Part shown: positions 1 to 13,087 of the stretch, piece after piece
Layout of the letters: each line of letters begins with the position of its first letter
Position numbering within the stretch: the stretch's first letter is position 1
Assembly (NCBI RefSeq): GCF_004010195.1
Contig: NC_057756.1
Span: forward strand, 1,701,703 to 1,765,702
Length of the DNA: 64,000 nt
From: Chiloscyllium plagiosum
Lineage: Eukaryota
Reading direction: 5' to 3'
The notes under the pieces: model-generated
The model's input: only the letters and a program-made list of their open reading frames with translations
What the model was told of the DNA's origin: nothing
Databases searched by the model: none
Position numbers and translations under genes: made by a program

Positions 1-129
1 TGAATCCTGGAAATTTGGAAGTTAGCCATCTCTAAAGTCGTCTCTTCAAACATGGGAATGATCACGATTTCTTAAAACAGCAGAGGGATGGTTGTTACAA
101 GTGGTCTCAGATGCTCAGTTCAAGGTGTC

Positions 130-1050
130 CAAGCGAGCTGTTCTATTATTTATCTCATTGGAAAGAACATTCGATCAAGTGGATGAAACATTTGCCAGGC
201 TTGGGAACTCTGGACAATTTTTGAATGCTAGACAGAGTATTGTTTAGATTAATTGAATATGTTGCATTTCAGTGCGGCAAAACGGGGTATGAATTATAGT
301 CAGTGGTAGGGCCCTGGGCAGTGTAACAGAACAAAGATATGTACGGGTAGAGGATTAGAGCTCCATGGATATGGAGTCACGGAAACACAGTGTGGCGAAG
401 AAGCCTTTGGAATGCTTGTGTTCATCACTCTGAGCATTGGTGTCGGAGTTTGGAAGTCTTTTTTGCAGCTATAAGAGAGTTGGTGAGGCCATATTTGAAT
501 ATTGTGTGCAGTTCTGATAGGCCTCCTGGAAAAAGGATGTTGTTAAACTCGAAAGAGTGCAGGCAAAAAAATAACTCGAATGCTAACTCAAGTGGAAGGT
601 GCGAGTTATAAGAACAGGTTGGGTAGGCTGGATCTGTATTTTTTCCCTGCATCGTAGGACACTGAGTGCTAAAATTATAGAGGCCTACAAAATTCATGAG
701 AGGCGAAGATAATGTCGATACCCAACATTTTTTCGCTGTGATAGGGGAGAGTAAAACCGAGGACATTTTTTTAATGTGACATGGCAGGGGTATAAAAGGA
801 ATAGATGTGCAACGTTTTCACAATCAGTGTGATGAGTGTTTGGACCGGGCTGCTAGAAGTAGTGATAGACACAAGTACTCTTTCGTTAATTAAGAAACAT
901 TTAGTCAGGTACGTGGAAGGAATAGGTATGATGGGATATTAAACAAACACAGACAAATGTGATGAGTTTAATTATGAATATAGGACTGCAAGGGGCAGTT
1001 GAGCAAAGGGGGCTCTTTCCATATGTAAACCTTTATGGCTTTATGATGAA
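130..1050 (+). mobile_element. degraded CR1 LINE 3' part
   Basis: Degenerate match to the CR1 ORF2 C-terminus (LVRPxLxYCVQF-like; LYKIMRG-like) seen intact at 27704-28207. Confidence 0.75.
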
Positions 1051-1326
1051 GAGACTGTCATCTAGAAAGCACTATCCGCTAAAATAATACTCATGTCAAT
1101 GTTGACTCGAAAAGCAACTGCTTGCTTGAGAAGGAAGATTGGTCACTCGCATTTGTTTTCCATGATTCTGCAAACATTCCTGATTTTGCACATATGTTGG
1201 TTTCGATGCCTGTATGACATTTACAATGGTTGTTGACATGTTCAATAATGGGAGGTTTTAAACTAAAGAAAAGATTGTTACGTACGTTGTTTGTGGTGTG
1301 CACTGATATATAAATGGAATATTGAA

Positions 1327-1349
1327 TCAGTCTCTGTCTGATTGTGTAC
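1327..1349 (-). CDS. candidate terminal coding exon: (G)TQSDRD-stop
   Basis: Strong acceptor tttattatttgtctctacag|GTACACAATCAGACAGAGACTGA; phase 1; begins like exon 5 (tacag|GTACA). No independent support. Confidence 0.3.
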
Positions 1350-1406
1350 CTGTAGAGACAAATAATAAATTGCTTCTGGTTCAATCACTTCAGGCTTACA
1401 TCGTTG

Positions 1407-4400
1407 TGTATGAAGATGTGGGTGTACTGCACCTTTAAGAAAGATAAAGGTTTTCAGAACTATGTGACAGCACCAAGTGTTCTGAACAAGAAATAATGTA
1501 CGCTTTAGGTCCAGCTTTTAGTGTATCTGGTTGCCTGGAGAAAAAAAAAATTCGAATTCGTTCAATCAGTTTAAATTATACCCCAAAATACAAACTCCAA
1601 TCAAGACTGAATTTAATATATTGAATATATTACAAACAAATAACACAACCCGACGTTTTGAGAGTATAAGTCGGGGGAAAATGAGCAGCTGGAAGAGAAG
1701 TGTCAAAAGACCAACAGATGCAGGTTGCTACTCAGAACACTCTGTTAAGTACCAGTCTAGAGAAGAAGCTTGCTTTGAGAAAAAAACATCAACACCAACC
1801 CGGAGGGCAAATCTCCAGAGGAAGATAAAGGCAAGATTCGACCGCTGGCTATTTGGAAATTTGAACTTTTCAGTAAACTTTAATTGGGGTTTGGACTAGT
1901 ACTATAGAAGGGAACGTGAGAGAGGTCAGATGAAGGAAGTTATAAATAGTAGTTAGTTAATTATTCTCCGTTATACTGTAAGAAATAAAGGCATTATTTA
2001 TTACGTTAAATAATTCTTGGCCTCTGGATTTTGACAGATCGTAGCACGGGACGAATATTTATGCGTTGTCTGCATTAAGTTAAGCAGTAGGGTTTAACCC
2101 CATGTCTTAACAGTTTGGTGGCTCTTCGCAGGGAGGCGGGTGTGTATGTGTGTGTGTGTGTGGGGTGGGGGGGGGGGGGCGAGGGTGGTGGTGGATGATG
2201 TTATTCTGTGATATCAAAGTTTGAGACTTGATTTTGTGTTTTGAACTGGTTTAGACAGGTTTGAAGAGATTTGGGGCACGAAAAGTCCCAGCACATTTAA
2301 AGACATACAGATTAGTGTCCTAGATCTTTAAATAAAATGTAGGTGAGGCAATTTGTTTAGTTTTGGTAACTTGTGGTTGATTACTTTAATAGTGAGAAAA
2401 ATGGCTTTAAAAAATGCAAACACGGTTCTTGGATTTGAACATGACTGTAAAATTTGCCATGAAAGCTTAGAAGGAAAGAAAAAGGCCATACAATTTAGAA
2501 TTAGCAAAGAAATTAGATTTGGATTTAACCAACTTCAAAAGTAAAGCTTAAATTGTAAGGGAGTTACCCAAACACTTTGGTGTGTCAGAGAAACAGACAA
2601 ATGCAGTAGAGGTAGAAAAACTGAAATCACGATTGAGGGAAATGTAGTTAGAAGAGAAACAAAGGGAGAGAGAAAATAAAGAGAGAAGAAAGAAAGAGAC
2701 AGAGGAGGGAGAGGAAAAGAGAGAGAAAGAAAATTCTTGGCTGAGCACAGAGAGAGAGAGAAGAAAGAGGAGACAGAAAAAGACAGAGAGGAAAAAGCGA
2801 GAAGGTTCTTATGTGAACTAAAAGAGAGAATTTGAACTTGAGCAGTTGCGACTTATTCCACAAAGTCAAGTTAACAGAGAACGTATTGGTATATGCAAAT
2901 ATGTCAAATCAATGCCATTTTTGGATGAGAAAGATGTTGAAGCCTTCTTTATTGCAGCTGTAAAAATTGCCAGGCAGATGGAGAGGTCCGAGGATTTATG
3001 GTAAAGCTCGTACAGATTAAACTGATAGGCAGAGCAAGTGAGGAACTTACCTTGTTGTTAGATGAAGGGTCAAGAGATTATGGAGAGGGGAAACGGGCTA
3101 TTTTAAGTGTTTATGAATTTGTAGAAGAAACATACAGACAACGGTTCAGAAACATAAAGAGGGAACCAGGTGAGACTTGTGTTGAGATTGAAAGAATTAA
3201 ACATAGTCATTTTGATAGATGCGCACGTCCTTTAAAAAATAGTTGAGATTTTTGAGGCCATAGGAGAGATTATTCTGCTGGATGAGTCCAAATACTCTCT
3301 TCCAGCGATGGTAAGAATTCACACGTAGGAACAGCAGGTTCAGGAAGTGAGAACTGCAATAGAATTTGCAGCTGAATATATGTTGTTGCGTAAGACAAGC
3401 TTCCGGACAGAATTTCGTCCTGTGAGGGATAAATTTTGATGGAAGGGGAGATCCTGCCTTCTGAAACCAAGAGTACAGAGCACTGGTAAGAATTTACCAC
3501 AGAATTAAAAACGAAGCCCAAGAGGGTGCACGGGAGGTGAAAGGACTCAAGTGTTTTCACTGTATTGCAGTCAGGCACAGAAATGTACAGAAGCACATTG
3601 GGAAAAGGTGTTTTCACTACCAGAATGTGGGACTCGTAAAGTTATAGTGCTGATAGTTAAAGAAAGGCAAGGTGTGAAAAGATGCGGTAGCAGATGTGAA
3701 GCCAGTGGCATAAGTGAAGGAAGTAAAACTGAAACCTAAAGAAGAGCCGAGGTGCTGGAAGAGAGTGCACAGCTGAGGCAGGGGCTAAATGTGAAGTTAA
3801 TACCTGATCTCTACGAAGAATTTGCTTCTCTGGATAAAGTTTACTCAGAAAGAACGAGGGAAACGACAAGAAGTTAAAACTTTGATCGATACGGGATCTC
3901 ACCAGTTGCTGATAGTGAGGAATGAGCTAAAATGCACTGTCTCCAATCAGTTACACGAGAGTGTGGTAATTTGTCGGATAGATGGACAAAAATGTACGGT
4001 TATCCTATGTAAAATCAGGTGGAGTGCATAACTCGACTGGAGAAATTACATGGGAACGATTGACAGAATGTCAGTTCCAGGGGTTCAGTTTGTCCTTGGG
4101 AATGATTTGGCAGGATCAGTGGCGGGAGTGACATCCCTGGTGTGCACGAGCCCACGGAAGACCAAGAGTCTGCGGAATTAAGGCAGAATTATCCTGGTAT
4201 TTTCCTAGACTGTGTTGTAACCGGATCCCATTATGATGAGTCACGAAATGAAAAGTAAAGCGTACAATGAAGGAGTTGAGGTTCAGTTGGAGGATACCCT
4301 GTTTGACGTAAAAGTGCAGGAAAAGATTGAACAGGCAGAAGCACAGGCAGAAGTGTTTAATTCTGAAAGTCTAAGGAACGTGCAACTGTAAGACAATATA

Positions 4401-5528
4401 TATGAGGATGCACACTTCGAAAACAGGGTGGAAAATATTCCGGAGGGTTATTATCTGAAAGATAGAACTCGTAGGCGGAAATGGAGACCACGCAGGTTAT
4501 TGCAGAGGAGAAATGGACCGACGTGCACCACATTGTGTTGCTGGTAGCAGAGAGAAAGGACGTGTTACATGTACCACACGAACTACATGTAGGGGGTCAC
4601 CAAGGTATAAGAAATACGCAGGATAAATTGCAAAAAAATAGTTAATTGGCCTGGAAAACACAAGGACCTGGTTAAGTTTGTCATAATGGTCATACTTGCC
4701 AAATGGAAGGTAAGCCACAGGCGGTAATAAAACCAGTGACCTTTTTGCTAAATCCCCACATTTGAAGAACCTGTTACGTGGGTTATAATTGATTGTGTAT
4801 GTCACCTCCGGAAAACTAAAACTAAAAGTGGGAACAAGTTCTTGTTAATCATAGTGGAGGTGCCTAACAGAATTCCAGAACCAATTCCACTATGGTGCAT
4901 CAAGGGAGAAAAGGATAGCAGAGCAGTCACTAGCTTTGTTCACATGTTATGGGCTAACCAGCGAGATTCTGTCGGATCAAAGGTCAAGTTTTACTTCTAG
5001 GCTGTTTAAGGAGGTTATGGATAGCTTAGGTGTACAGCACTTCAAAGCGAGTGCGTATCATCCTGAAACCCAGGGAGCTTTGAAATGCTGGCCTTAGAAC
5101 TTGAAGTCCATGTTGACAGCATACTGTCAGGATTACCCGAATGAAAAGTGTCCCATTCGCACTGCTTGCCATGAGAGATGCTCCAAACGAATCTACTTAG
5201 TTCACCCCCTTCGGGATCATATTCAGTCATCAGTTAAGAGGCCCTTTGAAATTATTTAAAGAAAAAAACAGATAGGAGATGTCATACTTAGATTCTGTAT
5301 CGGAGGTGAGTGAGAGATTATAGAAGGGACAGTAAAAGATAGGTTAGAGAAAAGAGTTATAAATAGTTGTCAGTTATTCACTGTTATACTTTAAGAAATA
5401 AAGTTGCTAATTTCTATTTAAAATAGTTCTTGGCCCCTTGTTTTTTTAACAGATTACTGCATATGATAAATCTTTATTCTGTGTTGCTGATTTAAATTAA
5501 GTAACAATGTTTACTCTGTGTCTTAACA
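1407..5528 (+). mobile_element. Gypsy LTR retrotransposon, Gmr1-like (gag-PR-INT order), degraded, RT/RNase H deleted
   Basis: 5' LTR 1407-2112 (TG...ACA). Its last ~210 bp recur at ~5320-5528. 4-bp TSD GTTG at 1403-1406 and 5529-5532. Gag-like remnants (ETYRQRFR; CFHC zinc knuckle ~3550), protease LIDTGS (~3880) and integrase motifs (LSDQ, SAYHPETQGA, ~4970-5080). Confidence 0.85.
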
Positions 5529-6250
5529 GTTGCCTATAATTTGCAAATTGGTCAATAATTATTTGTTGTGTCATTCATTTTCAAGGTCTCTGGGAAACTC
5601 CTTCAATGATCCGCACTAACTCCTGCACAATTACCAAATCACCAGGTTATTGACTGTTACATAGTCAGAGATTACTCTCTGAAATAATTGTGTGTGGGTA
5701 TAACTGTGCGCATGTGTATACTCCTTTTCTGAATTGAACAAATGTACCTGTAAAATTCGGCCTATTATTCAACTACTAAACGATTTTCAAATCTTCTTCC
5801 CACTTTGAAACAATTAACATTGAAAATCCTTGAGAACGTTTGCCTTAACTACTGTGATACTGTGATCATGCTGCATACATACAAAAATAAACATTTGGTA
5901 ATTCAAATAGATGATTGATGATCAGATGCTCCTGTTCAGGTTATCCATTGATGCTACACCAATTCTAACTAATGCTTACATTTGCATATGTTCAAAAGAG
6001 TATGTGTCACATTAGTCTGTTTTATTTTGTAGCATCACTCATACGTCCCATACGTTCCCTGTAAAGTGGTTTGGTCCATATTGACTGGTTTTAAGAATTT
6101 TGTGCATTGTTCCTGAAAAAAAATGTGCTGCCTGGAATTTCCCTCCAAATTATATTTGTTCATCCTACATTCTTATCCTCGAAGACTGATATCACTTTAC
6201 TTCTAGTCTGCTTTTGCAGATAAATGTTTTCCACTTTCTATATACTTTAC

Positions 6251-6277
6251 CTGACTTTGTTTTCTCCAGATCAGTTT
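6251..6277 (-). CDS. microexon 16 (27 nt): KTDLEKTKS
   Basis: gtccattcccttgcag|AAACTGATCTGGAGAAAACAAAGTCAG|gtaaag; resembles exon 3 (LxxTK motif). Confidence 0.78.
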
Positions 6278-9200
6278 CTGCAAGGGAATGGACAGTAACA
6301 ACGTGTTTATATGCTGACAAATATTTGGTAAAATAACTGGAAACGCAAAAGATCTTCTTGATGCATTCATCAGTCCGATGTTCTGAGTAAGTGTGATAGC
6401 ATGCATGCTTGGAAGTAATGGAATTGCTAAAACGAAAACGAAAATAAATTGAAAAAAAAAACAGATTTTAGAAGTCTCATTAAATTGATCAGCACTTGAG
6501 AAAGTGTTAGTATTGTTGAAGGAATTACTGTTCCATTGCATTCCCTTCAATTCATTCGAGGTCTTACATCATAATTCTAACACTGATACAAGATACTGCG
6601 TTGAAACATTATAAAGAAGATTAAGGACGTATGCAATAGTGTACAGCTTTTTTTGCATTAAACGAAGTATAAGAATGTATTCGTTAAATCAAGTGTAAGA
6701 ATGTATTGATTGCATCACTTTTCGCTCTTGAAAATAATATAAAATGCTTATCAATGTTATATCAGCACATGAACTACACTGAATTTCTTTTACCATTTCT
6801 AACGCACAGACCTCTTCACTAAGGAAAACAACCCACCTTTACGTACGCATGCATTTATGTTGCTTTGTTTCGAGCTTAATCATTATGAAAATAATGATTC
6901 ATTTATATACAGCAGAAGGAACTGAAAACTTCATGATTAATATATTGCTCATGTATGTCTTAGAAGTTAGATATATATCCATAGAGGACCAGGGTAAATT
7001 TGCAGATATATATTTATGTTTACTTACATTTTTTGCACATGTTTGCAGGACATAAAATGGCTGAAGAGGATTAAATAAAATGTGGCAGCTTGTCTCAACA
7101 TTGGGATACCAAATCGCTGTCAAGATATAAGCAGAATAAAAGCCTGCTCTAGCCTTAGAACATGCACAATGGTACCTTTTGGTATCCTGATGCCAAAATA
7201 TCCATTTTATGTCTTGCAAACGTGTGCGACAAACGGAAGTTAACAATGGTACCTTTGAACAGAGCTAATCCAAGGCCAATCATGGGTCTTTCAAGCAATC
7301 ATCCCATACAGTTCGATAAGGGGATGCCCAAGGACAGCCAGCCTAATATATGATGCAGCTGTGAAAACAACAGCTAAAATTAAGCAGCAGTAATTAGCCA
7401 TTTTTGAAGTTATTTAAAATATGAAGAAATCGGGTTCTAGTCAAAGATTCTTCATAAAATCAGAACAATAAATTTCAACGTTAGTATAGAGACATGTACA
7501 ATCAAAGTATAATAGATGTATTAGGAAAAAAACACTTAAGCATAGATGAGAAAATTAATTAGTCTTAAGAAACTTTTTTCTTTATCTCACCTTGGATGAA
7601 ATAGCTTGGTAGCAAATTATTAATCATGAAGTGCTAATGGTACATGTAACTAGTGTATATTTGATACCTTGCAAGAACTGTAACAAAACTACATAGAACA
7701 AAGAGACAGAAAACAAGTCACAAAAAGGAATGGCACACTCCAACTAGTATCTTTACATACGGATGAGGAAGGACATAACTGCTATTGGGACAATACATCC
7801 TAGAAACATGGCACTCCATCCGGAGCTCTATTAACAAACACATTGACTTGGATCCCATTTACCACCCACTGAGAAAAAGAACAGAAAATCATATCACCAC
7901 TGGAAATTGCATCACCAACCCAAGGAAACAAAGCAGATGAACAATAAGCGGCCATACCACCAGTGCTTTACTGGAGGCTCACTGATGATTTTACCTAGTA
8001 CGGTGAGGAAGCGTCTTGAGAACGAACCTTCCAGCTCAGCGAGCAAACTTAGATTCAGGTAGATGTAACATTGCATCTGTACACTTTAAAATTCACTGAA
8101 ATTAATATTACAAATCTTATATGAGTCATTTTAAATTCTCGTTTGTATTTTTTATAAATATGCAATTTGGACAGTGGAAAAATATGAGAAGAATGCGTAG
8201 AATAACAGAACTCCAGCAGTCCTGATAGTTAAGCAATAGTGGGATAGACCTGGAGGAATGCAACCAGTATTTTTGGAATTCGAATTTATTGGATGCATAC
8301 AAAGATCCCAAAGCATAAAAATTACAATGGCTGTTAAACACCATGATATCATGGCAAACAGGGGCTAACCACAGGAATGCCCATCGTTGTTTAGGTGTTT
8401 TATGGGACTGGGTGCACAGAATTAGAAGGAAGGAAATAGTGACCACACTGTCGGTGATTATTTTGACACAAATTTTCTATTTTAAAAAAAACGTATTTCA
8501 ATGTAATAAAATCAGAGAGGTCTGAGACAAAACATTAAGCAATTCTCTCGTCGAGGACAGATTTGATTAAGATCCTATGGCTCTCGCCTTGCATTGACCG
8601 GTTTCTGCTTGAATAAAAGTCTACCACTTGTCTGAATGTTGCCTGCTGGCTGAAGCGTTTTTCTCTGTTTGGCAAGTACGCTCCTACAGGAAACAAGGAG
8701 CTCCACATCTCTGGAAGGACGTTGCGATCATGCACCATTGAAAACGCAGAGTTCTACTTCCATTCTCTCCTATTGTACAACAATCGATATCGTGCACACA
8801 TCCTTCCCTTTTGCGAAAATAAGTTGTCTGAACAATGCAAAATTGGTAAAAGGTCTCTTTGACAAAATAATTGTCAAATAAGGGCAAAAATTGCAAGAAT
8901 TCTTTATTCCATGAGGCAAGGATGCCTGGAGGATAGAAACGATGCGACCAGATGATTATGTTACCATGTAGATGCAGTTTTAAGGAGGCAAGTAGTAAGA
9001 TGAAAATTGCACAGTCGCAATGTATGTCGGGGCTAGTTCAATAAAGGATTGGGAGCCGGATCTGAAGAATTCACGATAAGCATGCCACAAAATGAACAGA
9101 CCACTTTTTAAGGAAGCTGCATGGTGCAACGTTTAAATTGAAATAGGAAAATTAGACAGTTCTATTAGCTTGATGCTACATTTTGATTTGGAAGCGATCT

Positions 9201-12200
9201 TGGTGTTGGTTCCAGATTGTAGACTGAGAACATATTGATGTCAGATGTGTTTCAGAACTAGGGAAGAGGGATAGATTCTGAACGTGAATTGATCTTGGGG
9301 AATGACTTAGCTCAGGGCCTAGTTATAGGATACAGAAACAGAGATTGGTCAATAAGTGAAACAGTGGCTCTGATTGAGAGCACTTTCTATCTGCTGCAGG
9401 CAAACAGTGTTGTATCTGGAATGTGAGCTCAGGGTTTTGGAAAGTGGCAGTGGTTGTTGAGGGGTGTAACGATATGATCTTAGCTAGAGCTGGAATAATG
9501 AGTGGCAGTGGTTGTTGACGGGGTCAAGATATGGTCTTAGCTAGAGCTGGAATAATGAGACTGATGGACCTACAGGGAAGACAGTGTCTTCAGCGCAGGA
9601 ATGTTGATCGGTTCAGTCATTGCAATAGAAACCTTGTCCTGGGGCGAGTTATGTGAGATCTGTTGCTGCTCTAGGGAATGTGACCTGATCCACCAAGGGA
9701 GCGATTACATTGAATAACTTTACAAACGTATGGCTCTTGTAGTCGGTCGTCTGTTTTCAGGGGGAATTATATTTTGATCATGGTCAGGGATATATATGGG
9801 CTTATCATGAGCTGTAACTGAGGTTTGACAGTTGTCAGTTTAATAATTAAAATACTCATACTTGTTGAAGGTCAAACATTGTCTGAAATTAAAATCTAAT
9901 AAAGTCCCTTTTCAAAAACAACGACCTCAAAATGTTGTTACTATGTTTTCAGCCTAGTGACTATAACTTTAAAATTTTCAGTTTTGTTTTGCCATTAAGA
10001 TGGGTCAAACACTGCATTTTAATGTAATTCCTTGTCACTGCAACTCACACGTGTGCATCGGATGCAAAATTAATGCAATATCCATCGGTCTGCTCCATTC
10101 CTGACGCTAATGCTAAATCGTAATTATGCTGATTCAATTTTCATGGTAACACAGTACAACCATTGTAGGAATGTTCAACATTGATAGATTGAGGATATAT
10201 TCTATGGGCCACCACATTAGGATATGTAATTCTAGCGATGTCCCACTCTTGTGGTCCAGTGGAAAATGGGAATTTATATCTTCCAAACTACTCGAAGGTG
10301 AATATACAGTCTACCTCAATATACACCAAGAGAAAGCTTGTAACACACATTAATATCGAAACGAGATTGAGATGTCATGCAGTGACATGATGAGCAAAAT
10401 TGCAAAAACCCCAAACTGTGTGATCGAACCTAGCAAAGGCTATGATCAAATATCATGGTGTTGTTGCAACGAGACAAAACGGAAATTTGTTATTGAATCA
10501 CCATAGAGCCTCATTAATGGCTAATGAACCAAACATGATGACATAACGTATTGTCGTGTTTTTTTTTTTAACTTACTGGCCTGTTCTGTGCATCTTTTAA
10601 GTTCTAGAAAGCCAAAAAGAGATTCATCATGCAAGCAGTTTGAAAATAAAACAGCGAAATATTAACAATGTGCAGTAAAAAAATTGATGTTGTCGTAAAG
10701 TGAATGCTACCAACGGTCAGCTTAACGAGAAAACTGATTCAAAACAGATGATTTCTGAATACTGGATTTACTAGATAGCACAGCTATTTCTTTTGTCAGG
10801 TCAGTATATTGTGATGCTTTCTGCTGAAGTTTCCTGCCACCATTAATAATTATCCAGTACATGCTTGAACCATTTATTTCATGAGCCAATATCTTGACTG
10901 AAGACCATGATCACCTTCACATACGCAAGAAAAGAAAAATGCATCATGCAACTTATTTGCACAGTCAGAAGTTGAAATACCAAAATTCTTTCCGCTTTTC
11001 ACGCTGTTCCAATCTTGCTATAGATAAACCTCATGTACTTGTTTAATTTAAAAAAAACAATCAATTTCTCTTTCAATTTGTTTTCCTGTGTCTTGTTTTC
11101 ATGTTCTATTTTGCTTGTCCTTTCTGATGTACTTTTTTCATGTGTGCGGATTGATATTCATGTACATTGATATGTTGATATAACTGAGGGACACTGGAAT
11201 TCAGGGTGGAGGGAAATCAAGCAAACAACTACATATGCTTTCTTTTTTAACATTTTGAAATCAAGGCAGCATTATACGAACAGGAACATTGTATGTATTC
11301 ATACAATATGTATATAATCATCAAAGTGACGACTGGGAATTGTTAACAAGGTTTTTAAAGCTACCTTCTTCCAGTTGTCCACGGAACGCTCTAAACCAGT
11401 GCCATAAAACACCAATGATACAATAGACAGAACACAAAAACTGACATAATGAGCAACACTCGATGTTTTCCTATTCTTACCTTTTTCTCTTTTATTCAAA
11501 GTTTCTTCTATAATTGGAAATAATAAGTTGAACTTATGCTGATTTATTCATTTTTTTCAGTCTTGATGGAGAGGAAGTCCATTGGTGAAAAAAACATTGG
11601 GAATAGGAGTTGGGAGTTCATTTTGCGGTTGCACAGGACATTGGTTAGGCCACTGTTAGAATAGTGCATGCAATTCTGGACTCCTTCCTATCAGAAGGTT
11701 GTTGTGAAACTTGAAAGGGTTCAGAAAAGATTTATAGGATGTTGCCAGTGTTGGAGGATTTGAGCTACAGCGAGAGGCTTAACAGGCTGGGACTGTTTTC
11801 CCTACAGCATCAGAGGCGGAAGGGTGACTATATAGAAGTTTATAAAATCATATCGAGCATTCATAAGATAAATATTCAAGACCTTTTACCTGGGTTGGTT
11901 GATTGCAGAATTGGCGTGCATACTTTTAGAATGAGAGGGCAAATATCTCAAAGGGACCTAAGGGTCTACATTATCATGCAGATAATGGTGTGCATATGAA
12001 ATAAGCTGACAGAGGAAGTGGTGAAGGCCGTTACAACTACAAAATTAAAAAGGCACGCCAATGTGATAATGAATAGGAAGACATTAGTGGGATAAGTGTG
12101 AAGTGCTGGCAAATTGGACTAGATTAGGTTAGGATGTCTGGATGCATGGACGAGTTGGTTTGAAGGGAATTTTCCCATACTGTATGTCTTTATGATTCTA

Positions 12201-13016
12201 TGACTCAATATCACACATCATTCTTTGGACGTTTGTCAAGAACATGTGCTAATTGACATCCATCTGCACAATAACCATTCTGTGACACTGTGAATCATTG
12301 AACCATCATACAGAAGGTTTTTTTACATTGCATTGAACTCATTCCTGGACCTATGTACAAACAAAACTCACCAGTTTCATTAAGAGATTCTTTTACTGTA
12401 TTTAGTTCTGTAGTGAGAAAAATAGAAAAGCTTTCTATAAAAGGAATATCAACAGTCCTCGACAAGTAGGATAAGATTAAATAATTATTTATGCATTATA
12501 ATTTAACAATGCACTCCCCTCCATCTATGTGTATTTCTTCCCGTCTATCTGCTATTCTAGCTGTTTGTTTGTCTTTCTNNNNNNNNNNNNNNNNNNNNNN
12601 NNNNNNNNNNNNNNNNNNNNNNNNNNNNNNNNNNNNNNNNNNNNNNNNNNNNNNNNNNNNNNNNNNNNNNNNNNNNNNNNNNNNNNNNNNNNNNNNNNNN
12701 NNNNNNNNNNNNNNNNNNNNNNNNNNNNNNNNNNNNNNNNNNNNNNNNNNNNNNNNNNNNNNNNNNNNNNNNNNNNNNNNNNNNNNNNNNNNNNNNNNNN
12801 NNNNNNNNNNNNNNNNNNNNNNNNNNNNNNNNNNNNNNNNNNNNNNNNNNNNNNNNNNNNNNNNNNNNNNNNNNNNNNNNNNNNNNNNNNNNNNNNNNNN
12901 NNNNNNNNNNNNNNNNNNNNNNNNNNNNNNNNNNNNNNNNNNNNNNNNNNNNNNNNNNNNNNNNNNNNNNNNNNNNNNNNNNNNNNNNNNNNNNNNNNNN
13001 NNNNNNNNNNNNNNNN

Positions 13017-13087
<71 letters not shown>

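Noticed and set aside
6203..6550. ORF or longer exon with a cytokine-like look (ACYHTY...DECIKKIF)
   Set aside because: No consistent flanking cytokine exons or signal peptide; the 27-nt microexon at 6251-6277 explains the splice donor better.
5586..7078. Chain of possible small plus-strand exons
   Set aside because: Weak donors, mixed phases and an unremarkable peptide; consistent with chance in AT-rich DNA.
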